Below the pieces are notes generated by a model. That model ran no database searches and was not told the origin of the DNA. It worked only from the letters and a program-made list of their open reading frames with translations. Of a stretch of DNA of 64,000 nt, positions 8,750-19,200 are shown piece after piece; position 1 is the stretch's first letter; every line of letters starts with the position of its first letter. The position numbers and the translations under genes were made by a program. Source of the stretch: Bacteroidota bacterium (GTDB taxonomy: Bacteria > Bacteroidota > Ignavibacteria > Tepidaquicellales > Tepidaquicellaceae); assembly GCA_021286895.1 (NCBI GenBank), contig JAJTBN010000001.1:705-64704 (forward strand). The letters run 5' to 3'.

Positions 8750-10687
8750 TTAAAAAGTAAGTTCCACTCCCGCTTTTACGTTTCTTCCTTCCTGCGGAAA
8801 TCCGTACTCGGTTTCGTAATACTTGTCGAATATATTTTCGAGGCGGAGGAATACGCCCGCCTTCTTTCCGATTTTCTGTGATATCCTGAGATTGTAAATC
8901 ACATAATCAGGCATCGGCCTCCACAGTCTCGTGTCACCGTCTATGGCGTACCGCGAACCCGTGTAATACGCTTCTGCCTGCCAGCCAAAACCTGCGTCAT
9001 ATATGCCCGAGAGCGTCACGCCCGCGGTATGTTCCGGCCTGTACTCGAGATTGTCCGAATTCGCGTCAGACCTGTTCTTCGCATAAAGATATGTGTAATT
9101 CAAAACGGCTTTCAGAAAACTGAACTGCTTTGAATAATTCAACTCTATTCCTGCAAGCAGTACTTTCGGGATATTCTGCAACTGGTTCTTGTTTCCCGGC
9201 AGCGCTATCTGGAAAATCATGTCCTTTACGTACGAATAAAACACAGCCGCGTTAATGTTTCCGGTCTTTTCATTCGAATATCTTATCCCTGTTTCGGCGT
9301 TGAGACTCTTCTCTTCTTTCAGGTCGGGATTTGGGATGTACTTTCCGAGCATTTCAGAAAAAAGCTCTTTCAGCGTCGGATACCTGTTAGTTGCCGATAA
9401 GTTCGCGTATAAGTACGCGCTGCTTCCGATGCTCCTGCCCGTGCCGATATGGCCGCTTACGTTGGAAATGTTCCCTCGCAGCGGGCTGCCGTTCGCGTTT
9501 ATGATTTTAAGCATGCTGTAATTAATACCCGCGCTGATGTCGTTATTTGCCGCGGCAAAGTTTTTTTCAAGTCCCGCGGTGTAGTTCTCCGCCGCGAATT
9601 TTTTATACGCCTGTAAGGATGACGGCTGCTCGTAATGCGTGTCCCGCTTGTAAGTTACGGAAAGCCTGCCGGAAAGAATACTTCCGAAACTGAATTCCGG
9701 AATAAAAGATAATCCGGTAGAGTAATCGTCATAAGTCGAATTAAAAGAGGAGTTTTTCAACAGCGTCGAAAATGTATTGTCGTCGTATGCTTTGAGTATG
9801 TTGAAATTGTTGACCGTATAAATACTGCTTCTTAATTTAATGCCGCGGCTTATCCTGTTGTTAGAAATCACTCCGAGTGTAAAATTATTGAATGTCGTGT
9901 ATCGCCAGTAACGAGGGAAACTCGTGTAAATGTTCACAGGAACGTCCTTCGAGTTGTATGACTTGCTTGCCACTACGCTCAAATCATTGTCCGTGGAAAA
10001 ATCATATCCTGCCCTGACGAAAATATCTCTCTGCAGAATGCGGCTGTTGTCCCGTTTGTCCCCATCTTCGTTCTTCGCGGGGTTGAAAGAAGACGGAAGC
10101 CTGAAACCGTCTGATTTATCGTAATTAACGGCGATTAGCCAGTTGAATTTTCTGAAACTCCCCGTATTTTTTAGGACGCCGCCGTATGTATCTCCGTATA
10201 TGCCCTTTATGTCCGTATGAATGCCCTGTGATGGTTTGTCTGAAATTATATTTACCGAGCCGCCGAGAGTGTTCATGCCGTAAAGAACAGAGGGCATGCT
10301 TTTGGAAATTGTAATCTTTCCGACCGACGCGGCGCTTAACTGCGATAGGTCGAAAATTCCGTCGTACGCTACGTAAAAAGGAATGCCGTCGAAGAAAACC
10401 CCTATCTGCCTCTGGTCGAATCCGCGCATCTTAATCTGGATTTCGTTCCTGCTGTTGCGCGTCGTGTTTATTCCCGAAATAAGTTTCAGCGGACCGCCCG
10501 CCTGAAAATCGTCCATCCGGTTTATCTCTTCGCGGTTAAGTTCCGAAGTGCTCGCTGTTTTTGTTACGGCTTCGTTAGAAGATGTGACAACAATTTCGCC
10601 TGTATAATAATCTTTCAGGGAATCGCTGTCCTGCGCAAAGACGGGAAGCGGGAGAATAAGCAAAGTTAGTAAAACAGATATTTTCAT
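8750..10687 (-). CDS. TonB-dependent outer-membrane receptor
   Basis: Signal peptide ending in VFAQ and a TonB-box-like EIVVTSS. The plug region reads LISGINTTRNSRNEIQIKMRGFDQRQIGVFFDGIP. A long beta-barrel ends in a terminal aromatic residue (VELTF). Confidence 0.85.
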   Translation of the reverse strand: MKISVLLTLLILPLPVFAQDSDSLKDYYTGEIVVTSSNEAVTKTASTSELNREEINRMDDFQAGGPLKLISGINTTRNSRNEIQIKMRGFDQRQIGVFFDGIPFYVAYDGIFDLSQLSAASVGKITISKSMPSVLYGMNTLGGSVNIISDKPSQGIHTDIKGIYGDTYGGVLKNTGSFRKFNWLIAVNYDKSDGFRLPSSFNPAKNEDGDKRDNSRILQRDIFVRAGYDFSTDNDLSVVASKSYNSKDVPVNIYTSFPRYWRYTTFNNFTLGVISNNRISRGIKLRSSIYTVNNFNILKAYDDNTFSTLLKNSSFNSTYDDYSTGLSFIPEFSFGSILSGRLSVTYKRDTHYEQPSSLQAYKKFAAENYTAGLEKNFAAANNDISAGINYSMLKIINANGSPLRGNISNVSGHIGTGRSIGSSAYLYANLSATNRYPTLKELFSEMLGKYIPNPDLKEEKSLNAETGIRYSNEKTGNINAAVFYSYVKDMIFQIALPGNKNQLQNIPKVLLAGIELNYSKQFSFLKAVLNYTYLYAKNRSDANSDNLEYRPEHTAGVTLSGIYDAGFGWQAEAYYTGSRYAIDGDTRLWRPMPDYVIYNLRISQKIGKKAGVFLRLENIFDKYYETEYGFPQEGRNVKAGVELTF

Positions 10688-10705
10688 TTCTGTAAAATAT
10701 TTTAA

Positions 10706-10762
10706 TACTTTTAATTTTTAAAGTTGTAACAGAGAGTCCCCAAAGAGCGGGAGACTCTCGGT
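10706..10762. repeat. Member of the GAGAGTC-hairpin repeat family with an ACTTTTAATTTTTA arm
   Basis: GAGAGTCCCC-AAAGAGC-GGGAGACTCTC hairpin at 10731-10762, preceded by ACTTTTAATTTTTA. That arm is also found next to the hairpin at 38832. Lies in the 5' region of the receptor gene. Confidence 0.6.
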
Positions 10763-10801
10763 TACATAAAATAAATTGTCTTTTTTTGTGATTCTCATTT
10801 A

Positions 10802-10835
10802 ATAAAAAACCCCGCTTTGCAATAATGCGGGGTCT
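10802..10835 (-). terminator. Intrinsic terminator inside the receptor leader (candidate attenuator / expression platform)
   Basis: The minus-strand RNA reads GACCCCGC-AUUAUUGCAAA-GCGGGG followed by UUUUUU. It lies about 115 nt upstream of the receptor start codon and 12 nt downstream of the structured leader. Confidence 0.55.
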
Positions 10836-10846
10836 TAAACCATGAA

Positions 10847-10937
10847 CTCCTTTGCAAAACGGCAGGCGCACCTGTTTCCGGATACACCCTGTCGGTTATA
10901 TGCCGTGCCTTGCGGTTTAGGCGGTATAACTCGGAGG
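10847..10937 (-). promoter_or_regulatory. Riboswitch-like structured leader (class unresolved; Moco/Tuco-like ends)
   Basis: A 91-nt minus-strand segment starts with CCUCCGAG and ends with AAAGGAG, which could form a closing P1 helix. Internal helices GUUAUA/UAUAAC, GCCU/AGGC and ACGGCA/UGCCGU are possible. A terminator follows immediately. Confidence 0.3.
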
Positions 10938-11186
10938 TAATATTTTAAAAACTAATTTTATGTAATAATGAGAATTATTTTTTGTCAATCAACTTAGATT
11001 TATTGCCGCAATATTTCAACGAAGAAAACAATAGATATTTTAGTTCCGGCATGAAGAATGATTTGTACGGCATAATTGAGTTTGCGGCCGCGTTAACCGT
11101 AACGCGGGAGTTCAGTACGCGGCTATGTTTAGGCGGCATATAAAACGGCAGTTAAGAAGCGCCTGTTACGAAGCAGTTAATTCGGT

Positions 11187-11399
11187 TCAGGCCTGTTCTT
11201 TCTTTACAAAAAATCCCTGAACCATATTCCCAAGCAGGCCGCCCATTACGGCGCCGTACACAAGCATGATTTTCCAGTTTGATGTTATGGGGCAGGTGCC
11301 GGAAGCACAGCCGACGTACTTCCAGTAAAGAAAACCGCCGGCCATGCCTACAGGTATACCGATAATCGTAATAATATTTTTCTTTATCTTATCGCCCAT
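11187..11399 (-). CDS. Small two-helix membrane protein with CASGTCP motif (uncharacterised)
   Basis: 70 aa with two hydrophobic segments separated by YWKYVGCASGTCPITSNW. The start lies 2 nt after the OsmC stop, so the two genes are probably co-transcribed. Confidence 0.5.
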   Translation of the reverse strand: MGDKIKKNIITIIGIPVGMAGGFLYWKYVGCASGTCPITSNWKIMLVYGAVMGGLLGNMVQGFFVKKEQA

Positions 11400-11400
11400 T

Positions 11401-11793
11401 TTATAACATCGAAGTTTCTACTTTAATCTCCGGCGGGTTCTGGAGATGTTTCTTTACGGCGCAGAGATTCGCCGCGTTAACGACAGCGTCCCTGTACTTT
11501 TCGGGAAAATCCCGAGGAAGTTGAATGTCAAGTTTTATACTTCCGATTAATCTTTTCTCGGGATTGAATTCCATTGACTGCATTATCCTGATATCTTCCG
11601 TGGGAATGCCTCTCTGGTCGCAGAATGACTTCACGTAAATGCCGGCGCATGTGCCGACGGACGCAAGAAAAAGGTCGAAAGGCGCTGGAGCCGTATCATC
11701 GCCGCCGCCTTCATACGGCTGGTCGGTTCTGATTTCGTGCCCGTTATGAAGCGCGATAACCTGCTTTTTACCTTCAAAATAAATTTCCATCAT
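11401..11793 (-). CDS. OsmC/Ohr-family protein
   Basis: GGGDDTAPAPFDLFLASVGTCAGIY and a C-terminal CAVKKHL are typical of the OsmC fold. The annotated start is the ATG at 11793 (MMEIYFEG). The longer ORF to 11823 uses a TTG that lies inside the putative promoter. Confidence 0.8.
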   Translation of the reverse strand: MMEIYFEGKKQVIALHNGHEIRTDQPYEGGGDDTAPAPFDLFLASVGTCAGIYVKSFCDQRGIPTEDIRIMQSMEFNPEKRLIGSIKLDIQLPRDFPEKYRDAVVNAANLCAVKKHLQNPPEIKVETSML

Positions 11794-11808
11794 AATGTTT
11801 GATTTTAT

Positions 11809-11839
11809 CAAAAATAAGTACAATAATTGCTATTAGCAA
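11809..11839 (-). promoter_or_regulatory. Candidate Bacteroidetes-type promoter overlapping the TTGCTAATAGCAA palindrome
   Basis: The minus strand reads TTGCTAATAGCAATTATTGTACT-TATTTTTG. TATTTTTG fits the TAnnTTTG -7 element, and a TTG lies about 20 nt upstream. The OsmC ATG is about 15 nt downstream. Confidence 0.3.
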
Positions 11840-12147
11840 GTAATAAACCAATAATAAACCGGCACCGCCCCCTTGTCTCTCCCGAAAGTGCGTTCTTTGC
11901 ATCCCGATTTTATCGGGACGGGAATCCGTCCCCCCTTGCAATTCCCGCGCAAGCGGGAACCCATGAAGTAAGTACAAAGCAATTTAATCTAATCCCATTA
12001 TTCGGAAAAACTGCCGACCATATCAAACAAAATTGTCGAATCCCCCAAAATCCCTCTCCAAAAAGAAGGAAAAACAAACTTTTCTTTGGTACGGGATTTG
12101 ATAGGTAAAAGATAAATAACATCTATAATTTAAATTTATAAGGAATC

Positions 12148-12705
12148 ATGAAAAAATTATTTATTCTTGCGTTTGTTCTGTTTATGGCGTCACTGGCAAA
12201 TGCGCAGATTGCGAGCAGGCAGTGGGGCAATGACAATGTACAGACGGTTACTGGAACTATAACGGACAATCAGAGGCCTTCCGTTTCACTGAAAACGAGC
12301 GACGGCACGGAATACGTTGTTCATCTCGGACCCGTTTGGTTCTGGAACCAGAGCAAGTACATGCTTTCGCTTGCCGACGCGACAATAAAGGGTAATGTAA
12401 AAATCCTCGACGGAAAAAATCATCTGTACCCGTTCACGATAGAACAGAACGGCACAAAGATGGTGATTGCTGACGATAACGGAGTTCCGAAATGGAGCAA
12501 CGGCAACGGATGGGGCAAAGGTAACGGACGCGGATATGGAAAAGGCGGATGCTGGAGAAACAACAGCAACAACGGATGCGGCTACAACTGCGGCAATTGT
12601 CCGAACTACAACAACTGCGTCAATTGCGGGAAGGGCAACGGAAACGGTAACGATAACGGAAACGGCAACGGCTACGGAAGAGGAAATTGTTGGAGAAATA
12701 ATTAA
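12148..12705 (+). CDS. Secreted protein with a Gly/Asn/Cys-rich low-complexity C-terminus (unknown function)
   Basis: Sec signal MKKLFILAFVLFMASLANAQ, then a ~100-aa globular region. The tail GNGWGKGNGRGYGKGGCWRNN...GNGNGYGRGNCWRNN has 7 Cys and two CWRNN motifs. A terminator follows the gene. Confidence 0.6.
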   Translation: MKKLFILAFVLFMASLANAQIASRQWGNDNVQTVTGTITDNQRPSVSLKTSDGTEYVVHLGPVWFWNQSKYMLSLADATIKGNVKILDGKNHLYPFTIEQNGTKMVIADDNGVPKWSNGNGWGKGNGRGYGKGGCWRNNSNNGCGYNCGNCPNYNNCVNCGKGNGNGNDNGNGNGYGRGNCWRNN

Positions 12706-12724
12706 TTAATGAGGAAGCAATACG

Positions 12725-12760
12725 AAAAAAAACCGCGGGATTCCTCCTGCGGTTTTTTTA
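12725..12760 (+). terminator. Intrinsic terminator
   Basis: AACCGC (12731-12736) pairs with GCGGTT (12749-12754) and is followed by a T7 run. Confidence 0.6.
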
Positions 12761-12862
12761 TGTCCGTTCTAATATTGTTTACGTCCGCTCTTGCAAAAAT
12801 CGTTTATGGATCAGTAAACCTTCCTTTCGTTTATACCGGCCTTCGCCTTTAAGATAAAAAAC

Positions 12863-12990
12863 AATTAGAGACTTCTGAAAAACGATGTAATTAGTGTTTG
12901 TCGTACCGGCGAAAGCCGATATCCATTACGGAAATACGATTTTCGATTTCAAGGTTTTCTCAAATAAGAGTTTTTCAGAAGTTTCTAATT
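12863..12990. repeat. MITE-like unit: 21-bp terminal inverted repeats flanking 86 nt
   Basis: AATTAGAGACTTCTGAAAAAC (12863-12883) matches the reverse complement of 12970-12990 at 20 of 21 positions. The interior contains an ACCGGC-GAAA-GCCGAT hairpin. No coding capacity. Confidence 0.55.
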
Positions 12991-13236
12991 ACTTACAAGA
13001 ATTCAAAATCCAAAGAATCGTATCCGGGAGTCTCCCGGTTTTAACCGGGGACTCTCGGTAACAGAGAAAGGTGTCGTTTTTCGAAGCCTCTAACTACTAA
13101 CTACTAACTTCTAACGACTAATGTATCCGGGAGTCTCCCGGTTTTAACCGGGGACTCTCGGTAACAGAGAAGGATTTCGTTTTTCAGAATCCTCTAACTA
13201 CTAACTTCTAACTACTAACTTCTGCTCTTAAAATTG
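12985..13236. repeat. Two tandem copies of a ~115-140-nt intergenic module (hairpin plus heptad stop repeats), abutting the A2M stop codon
   Basis: Copy A is about 12985-13124 and copy B about 13122-13236. Each holds CCGGGAGTCTCCCGGTTTTAACCGGGGACTCTCGG (13024-13058 and 13127-13161) followed by (CTAACTA/CTAACTT)n. A near-identical third copy lies at 20427-20574. Confidence 0.85.
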
Positions 13237-16200
13237 TTAATTGCTAATCACCACCCTCGCGCCTTCCGAATGACTCGCGAACTCCGGAGCGTACATGCAC
13301 TGTATCGTGGTTATGCCGTTGGAAAAATCCCCGCTTAGGTTTACTCTCAAATCATACTCGAATACATACGTGCCTTTCTTCAGATAATTGAAGAAAAAGT
13401 TTGTCGCGGCGTCACGCGTCGATTCGTAAAAACCTAAACCGCCCTGATATTTATATCCCGAAAGCACATTGAGAGGCTCAAACCCCGCCGCTCTCATGTC
13501 TTTCATGTGTACGTATTCCATATCCCTGTCGCTCCTCAGTTCAATCCTCACGCGGACCTTGTCGCCGACTTTCAACGTACTGTCTATTGGTTTTATGACT
13601 TCTCCTTCGGAAGTGTATTCAACTTTGAAAAGTTTCTTCTCCACCTTAAGGCTCGTTTCCTGTTTCGTTATCTTGTCAATATCCTGAAAATACTGCCAGT
13701 ATAATGCTCCCCAGCTGATTCCGGTCTCCGGTTTTCGAGAAACCGTCACTTTTCCCATTTCAGGCTTCACTTCGCCCCATTGCCAGTTGGTCTTGAAATA
13801 TCCCGTTCCGGGTTCCACTCCGCTCATGTCGATTTTCTGCGAACCAACAATAATATCCGCGGGAGATTCGGTAGCCAGCCAGTTTTCTCCCTTCGGCATT
13901 AATGCGTATACCGCTTCAACCGTCGCTTTTGTAGTCTGCCAGTTGTTTGTCTGTTTGTTCTTCAAAAGCCAGACCTTCATGCCGTCAACGCTTTTTTCAT
14001 CATGCGCGACCTCATCGAATACTTCTATCATGAGCGCCTGTGTTTCTATAGGCGCCTCGTACCAGTAATATCCTCCCGAGTTATCTTTCCAGTACATTCC
14101 GGACTCATCCGAATTGGTAGAATATTCCCTTAAAGAATTTACTATTTTTCCTGCTGTAACACTGTCCCCGTACCTGTACAATGCAAGCGCTATCATTCCC
14201 TTTGAATAAATGTTCTTCCCGTTCCAGTACTTCGCTGCCTGTCCTTTGTAATATTCGAACGCGTCCTTGCAATAACCCTCAATCGGTATATCTTTATAAA
14301 AACTTCTTGCATATAAATATTGTATCTGCGCATAACCAAGATTGTCGTCATTAATAGAAACGTTATTTTTTATTGCATTTGTGTTCAACCTATCATAGTC
14401 GTCCTGTAATCTTCTATTTATAAAACTTAACGCGCTTACAATTATTCCGATGTCGTCCTCCTGTTTCCTAATTCCGAGTTTATACAGTTTCCCCAATCCG
14501 GCAGTAATATGCTGCGTTATATATCTGTCCTCGGGCATTCCCTCGAACCACGGCCACCCCCCGCTTCCTGCCTGCATTTTCTTTAGTTTGGTGACCGAGG
14601 CGTCTAGTTCCGAAACCATCTTTTTAAGTTCAAAAAGATTTCCCATTCTTCTTTTTCTTTCGCTTTCGTTCTTCGCATCCATTACCCAGGGAGTTTCCTG
14701 AAGAAGCAGACCCTTTAGTTCTTCGTTCTTTTCAAGATTTGAAAGAAAAGCGTCAGGATTTTCATTTTTCCATTTCCCGAATATTTCTTTTATTTTCGGA
14801 TTGCCGTTCACTACGAAAGTGCCTATGCTGTTCGCGTAAATTCGGCTGAAAACCTGCTCCGCGCATTCGTGCGGAAATTCCATCAGATACGGCAGACTCT
14901 GAAGCGCGTACCAGGCGGGGTTTCCAGTAAATTCGAGCGATAGTTTGTAGTTCGTAAGACTGTTTGAATTATTGTTCAGCAAACCGTTCATCGAAAATGT
15001 TTTCGTCTCCGCACCTTTCACGCTCATCGGCATTGTTTCCGTTACAAGCATCCTGTTGGAAAGAACCGGAAGCAACGCCTCCTCTCCGTCAGAAAAATTA
15101 TCTGCTTCCGCGGTAATTTTATACTGAACCGATTCGAATCCGTACGGCACCGATATTTCCCAGTTGACAACCGTGCTGGAATTATTATCCGCTGAAAAAA
15201 CTTTCATTGAATTTATATTCCTGAAAGCGGTATCGGCGTTCTTCATCGTAACGCCGTCTGTCAATACAAGAAAGGCTTCTCCTTTCAGGGGTTTATCGGT
15301 GATATTTGTAATCCTTGCAGATAAAATCACCTTGTCGTCTTCTCTCAGGTATCTCGGAACATTTGGCGTTACCATCAGTTCTTTCTGCGTGACAAACTCT
15401 TTTGTAATCATTCCCCGTTTTAAATCCTTAGTGTGCGCGAATCCCATAAATTTCCATTTAGTCAGCGCGTCCGGCGTCACGAAACTAATTGTAATCTCTC
15501 CGTTCTCGTCTGTCCTCAAATCAGGCTTGAAGAAAACAGTTTCGCGAAAATCTTTTCTTGTTTTGGGAATTTCATTTTCTTCTTTTTTCTTAGGGAATCT
15601 TTCCAACGGGTTTGGCGGGTCGTATCTTTCCAAATCGATTAAATACTGAATCTGTCCGGGTCTCTCGTATGTCAGATTCCCGGATTCATTAATCTCGGTA
15701 CTGCTTCTTATGTATCCTATTTGTTTGGTCCTGTCTCTGTCCCTGGATAAATAGTAATATATTTTATCCTCTTCTTTGTTGGATAAAAACCTGTTCAAAC
15801 CGTCGTATTTTTTCCCCCTGAATTCGGATTTGCTGCTCCAGTTATCCGGATATATCCACGGCGCGTCTGTTTTAAAGCAAACATTGTTTTCCCAGATAAT
15901 ATGATTCCGGAAATTATAATAATCAAATATGCCTCTGACCGGCCATTCATGTTCACTTATCGCGTCTAAAGATGCGTCGTATATGGTTGCAACCATTTCT
16001 GCCGGAAATATTCTGCCTTTTCTGTCCTTTATCTTGATTTTCCATTCTTCCTTATCGCCCGGATGTATTTTATTTCTGAAAGAACTGACGCTGATGTCAA
16101 GTTTACTGTCAGGGTTAGTTACTTCGACAAATTCTTCTTTCGAGATTAATCTTCCCGAGTTTACAAAAGCGATGTTGTAAACTAAATTACCTTTACTTGT

Positions 16201-19200
16201 TTCTTCAATTGGGAATTTGATAAATTTCTTTTCGTTGTTAAGAGAAATCCATTCCCTTTTAATCAGCCCGTGCGTTCCTTCTATCTCGAACAATGCTTTT
16301 GAGCCAGGAACAGGAGAACCAACCATAATTTCCAGATTCTCCCCGGTTTCATATTCATATTTATCGTTCGTAAAATATTCGAAGAAAACAGGTACAGGCA
16401 GGGAACTTGAAGTCCTGCTGTATGCCGTAAAATAGAAATATTCTTTTGATTCTTCCCCGTGCTCATCTTTTACTTTCATTTCCATATAATACTTTCCCTG
16501 TTGCCAATTCTCCATACCGCTAATTACCAGTGAGGAATCAAGAGCCGTATTTATGCTCTTCTCGAATACTTTCATCTCCTTTTCCCATGTTGTATAATCT
16601 GTTTCATCACAGTACTCGTCATACGGGAAATATCCGTAATACTCTTCCTTTGTCATCGTAAATTTATCGGGCTTTTCCCACATTCTTTCCCGGAATATTT
16701 TCGTCGGGCTTTTCAGTCTGTAAATTTCGATGGTTCCTGCCGCGGGTGTCTTTTCTCCGTTATGGTTGGATGTTATAACCTTGAACGTTTTCTCAGAGTT
16801 AATATCAACATAGTTACCTACGTCAACGTAAAGGAGCAGTGGATTGTAACCGACTGATACGCTGGTATTCTTAGTGTGAGTTTCACCGTTTATATCGGTA
16901 ATGTCAGCTGTTATCTCATAATTAAAATATGGGCTGATTTCCTTACTTATGCTTTCATCCGCCTTTGCCGTAAAGTATACTTCAAATCCCCCGTCACTAT
17001 TAGTGGTCGTCTTTCCTTTTAATATTGACGTGTAGTTTGAGCCGTTGTAGCGATGAGCGTTATAACTCCAATATGTATACCAGTTCGGATATGTGACGCT
17101 TCTTTCGACGTTGTAAACTACTTTTGCGTTGCTCAGGCCTGCGCCCGAATAGGATTTTGCATATCCGGTTACTTTAACGCTATCCCCCGGCTTCGGACTT
17201 CCTTTAAATGGATTAAACTTAACTTCAAAAGCGGGTCTCTTATAATCTTCAACATCAAACCTGCTCTCGCCTTCGTAGTTTGGCACTCTGATTTCCAGTC
17301 TGCCGGTCACATCCGTTAAAGGCAAAACAAAACTTCCGTTAAACGTACCGTATTCGTTTGTAGTAAATACCTTCTCCGCGATTTTATAATCCCGGGCGTC
17401 ATACAATTCCACCGTAATTTGTTTGTTTGCCGCCAAACTTTCGTTGCCTTTGATTGTATTCACCGTGATTCCTTTAAAATACAAAGTTTGCCCGGGTCTG
17501 TATATAGCTCTGTCTTTAAAGAAATATGTATATGTCTTATTTGTGGGTGTTTTTTTCCCGTATTGCGTAAATTCGTCACCCGTGTACGCGCGCTCGAAAT
17601 CGTAACCTTTGGAAGAAAAAAACTGATCTTTGTATTCTATGTCGAGATAAAATTTTTCGTAGTCGCCTGTATTTTCAATTTTAAAATAACCGTCTCTGTC
17701 TGAAATATATGTTCTGACTTCCTCTACTTCTTTGGTTTCATTTTTTGTGTTTATACTTTCTTCATCGTCTTCATCTTTGTTTTCATTATTCGTGATTTCA
17801 CGCTTTATGTTTGCTTTTATTATCGCCCCTTCCAGCGGAACACCCGTGTCCCGGTCAAGAACGAAAAACTCCAGTTCGTCGTCATAATTTGATTTGCTTA
17901 TAAAGCTGATTGAGTTTATTCTTAAAAGAGAATAGCCGGCTATATTATTGACTCCGGAAAATGTTTCATCGGTTCCTGTCTGTAAAATATAAAGGCCCGC
18001 GGGTAACGGAGGAAGTTTAATTTCAGCGCAGTGTTCCATATAATCCCCGTCGTTTGGAATATCAACGCTGAACCTGCTTACGCCGCTTTTGGTTTTGAAT
18101 ATTTCGATTATCGTGGAATCGATTTGCCGCCTGTTGAATCTGCTTTTATGATATACCTTTTCAATTTGTAAAACATCTTTGGGCGAGACGGCAATGATTT
18201 TTATATAAAGCTTGCTTATGTTTCTGTATGTTACAAGCGCTTTAAAGGGTTTGTTCGGTGTGTTACATGTCTCATGCTTTAATTCTAGATATTTTCGGTT
18301 CAGCATATCCATTAAAGCCAGGCAATATTGCGCTCCATCGGATTCGGGAAATTTATCAGCGGAATTTTTACACAATGAGTAAGATTTTCTCAGATCGTCT
18401 TTATATTCGTCGTTCACACCGGGCTTATATTTGTCGCCTCTTTCCTGATAAACGACCGCCATTTTATTTGCAATCATCGATGATACAGGGTTGTCCTCAT
18501 ATTTGTCGTGCATCCTCTGTAATGCTTTTATATACAGGTCTTCGATTGCCGGATTACCTGAATTTTCTTTTACAAACAAAAGGCGCATTAAATCCGCATC
18601 AACCAGAGCCTCCGGATTCTCGTCGTATAAATGAAATTTTATTATTTCCCTGAAAATTTTAATTGCGTGATATTCTAATGAATATTGGTCATTGGTCAGA
18701 ATGCTGTTCTTGATAAAGTCTCCGGCGTCAGACGTATAAACAGAATCGTTCATTAAAAACTGTTCTGCCGGTCTGATAATGCCTGTCTCCGTATTTGAAA
18801 AACATTCCACGGCATTAAATGCGAGAAAATCATACAGCGTCGGCCTGTATTTTCTGCCGTTAGGAATCTTCCCGTCGTAAACGTAATTGTTTAGGATTTC
18901 GTTGTAGTTCTCAATGTGAATTTGCTGAAGCCTCTCCGGTTCCGCGATCGAATTATTGAAACAATTTATTATTTCTTCTATGAATCTAGTTGCATCCCAG
19001 GTTTTGACATCATCGGCATTGTCCACAGTCATTTTTGTCCTTTCAAGAAGGGTATATCGGTTTGCCGAATAATAGCTCCGGTACATGTCGCCTATTAAAT
19101 AATTCAAAATCTGTTTCGCCGGAAATTCTGATCCGCTTTCTTCCTTCTTGATTTCTCTTAGAATGTTAAAAAAATCGTCTCCTTTGTAATAATCTATTTC

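Noticed and set aside
12467-12709. An alternative-frame 80-aa Thr/Ala-rich ORF overlapping the Gly/Asn-rich tail of 12148-12705.
   Set aside because: It is a by-product of the (AACGGN)n nucleotide repeats. The other frame is continuous with a signal peptide and a globular domain and is followed by a terminator.
12985-13236. A possible CRISPR array, because of the tandem ~110-nt units with palindromic cores.
   Set aside because: There are only two adjacent units, with no unique spacers between short repeats. The unit length is far above CRISPR repeat size. A third copy lies 7 kb away, and no cas genes are present.
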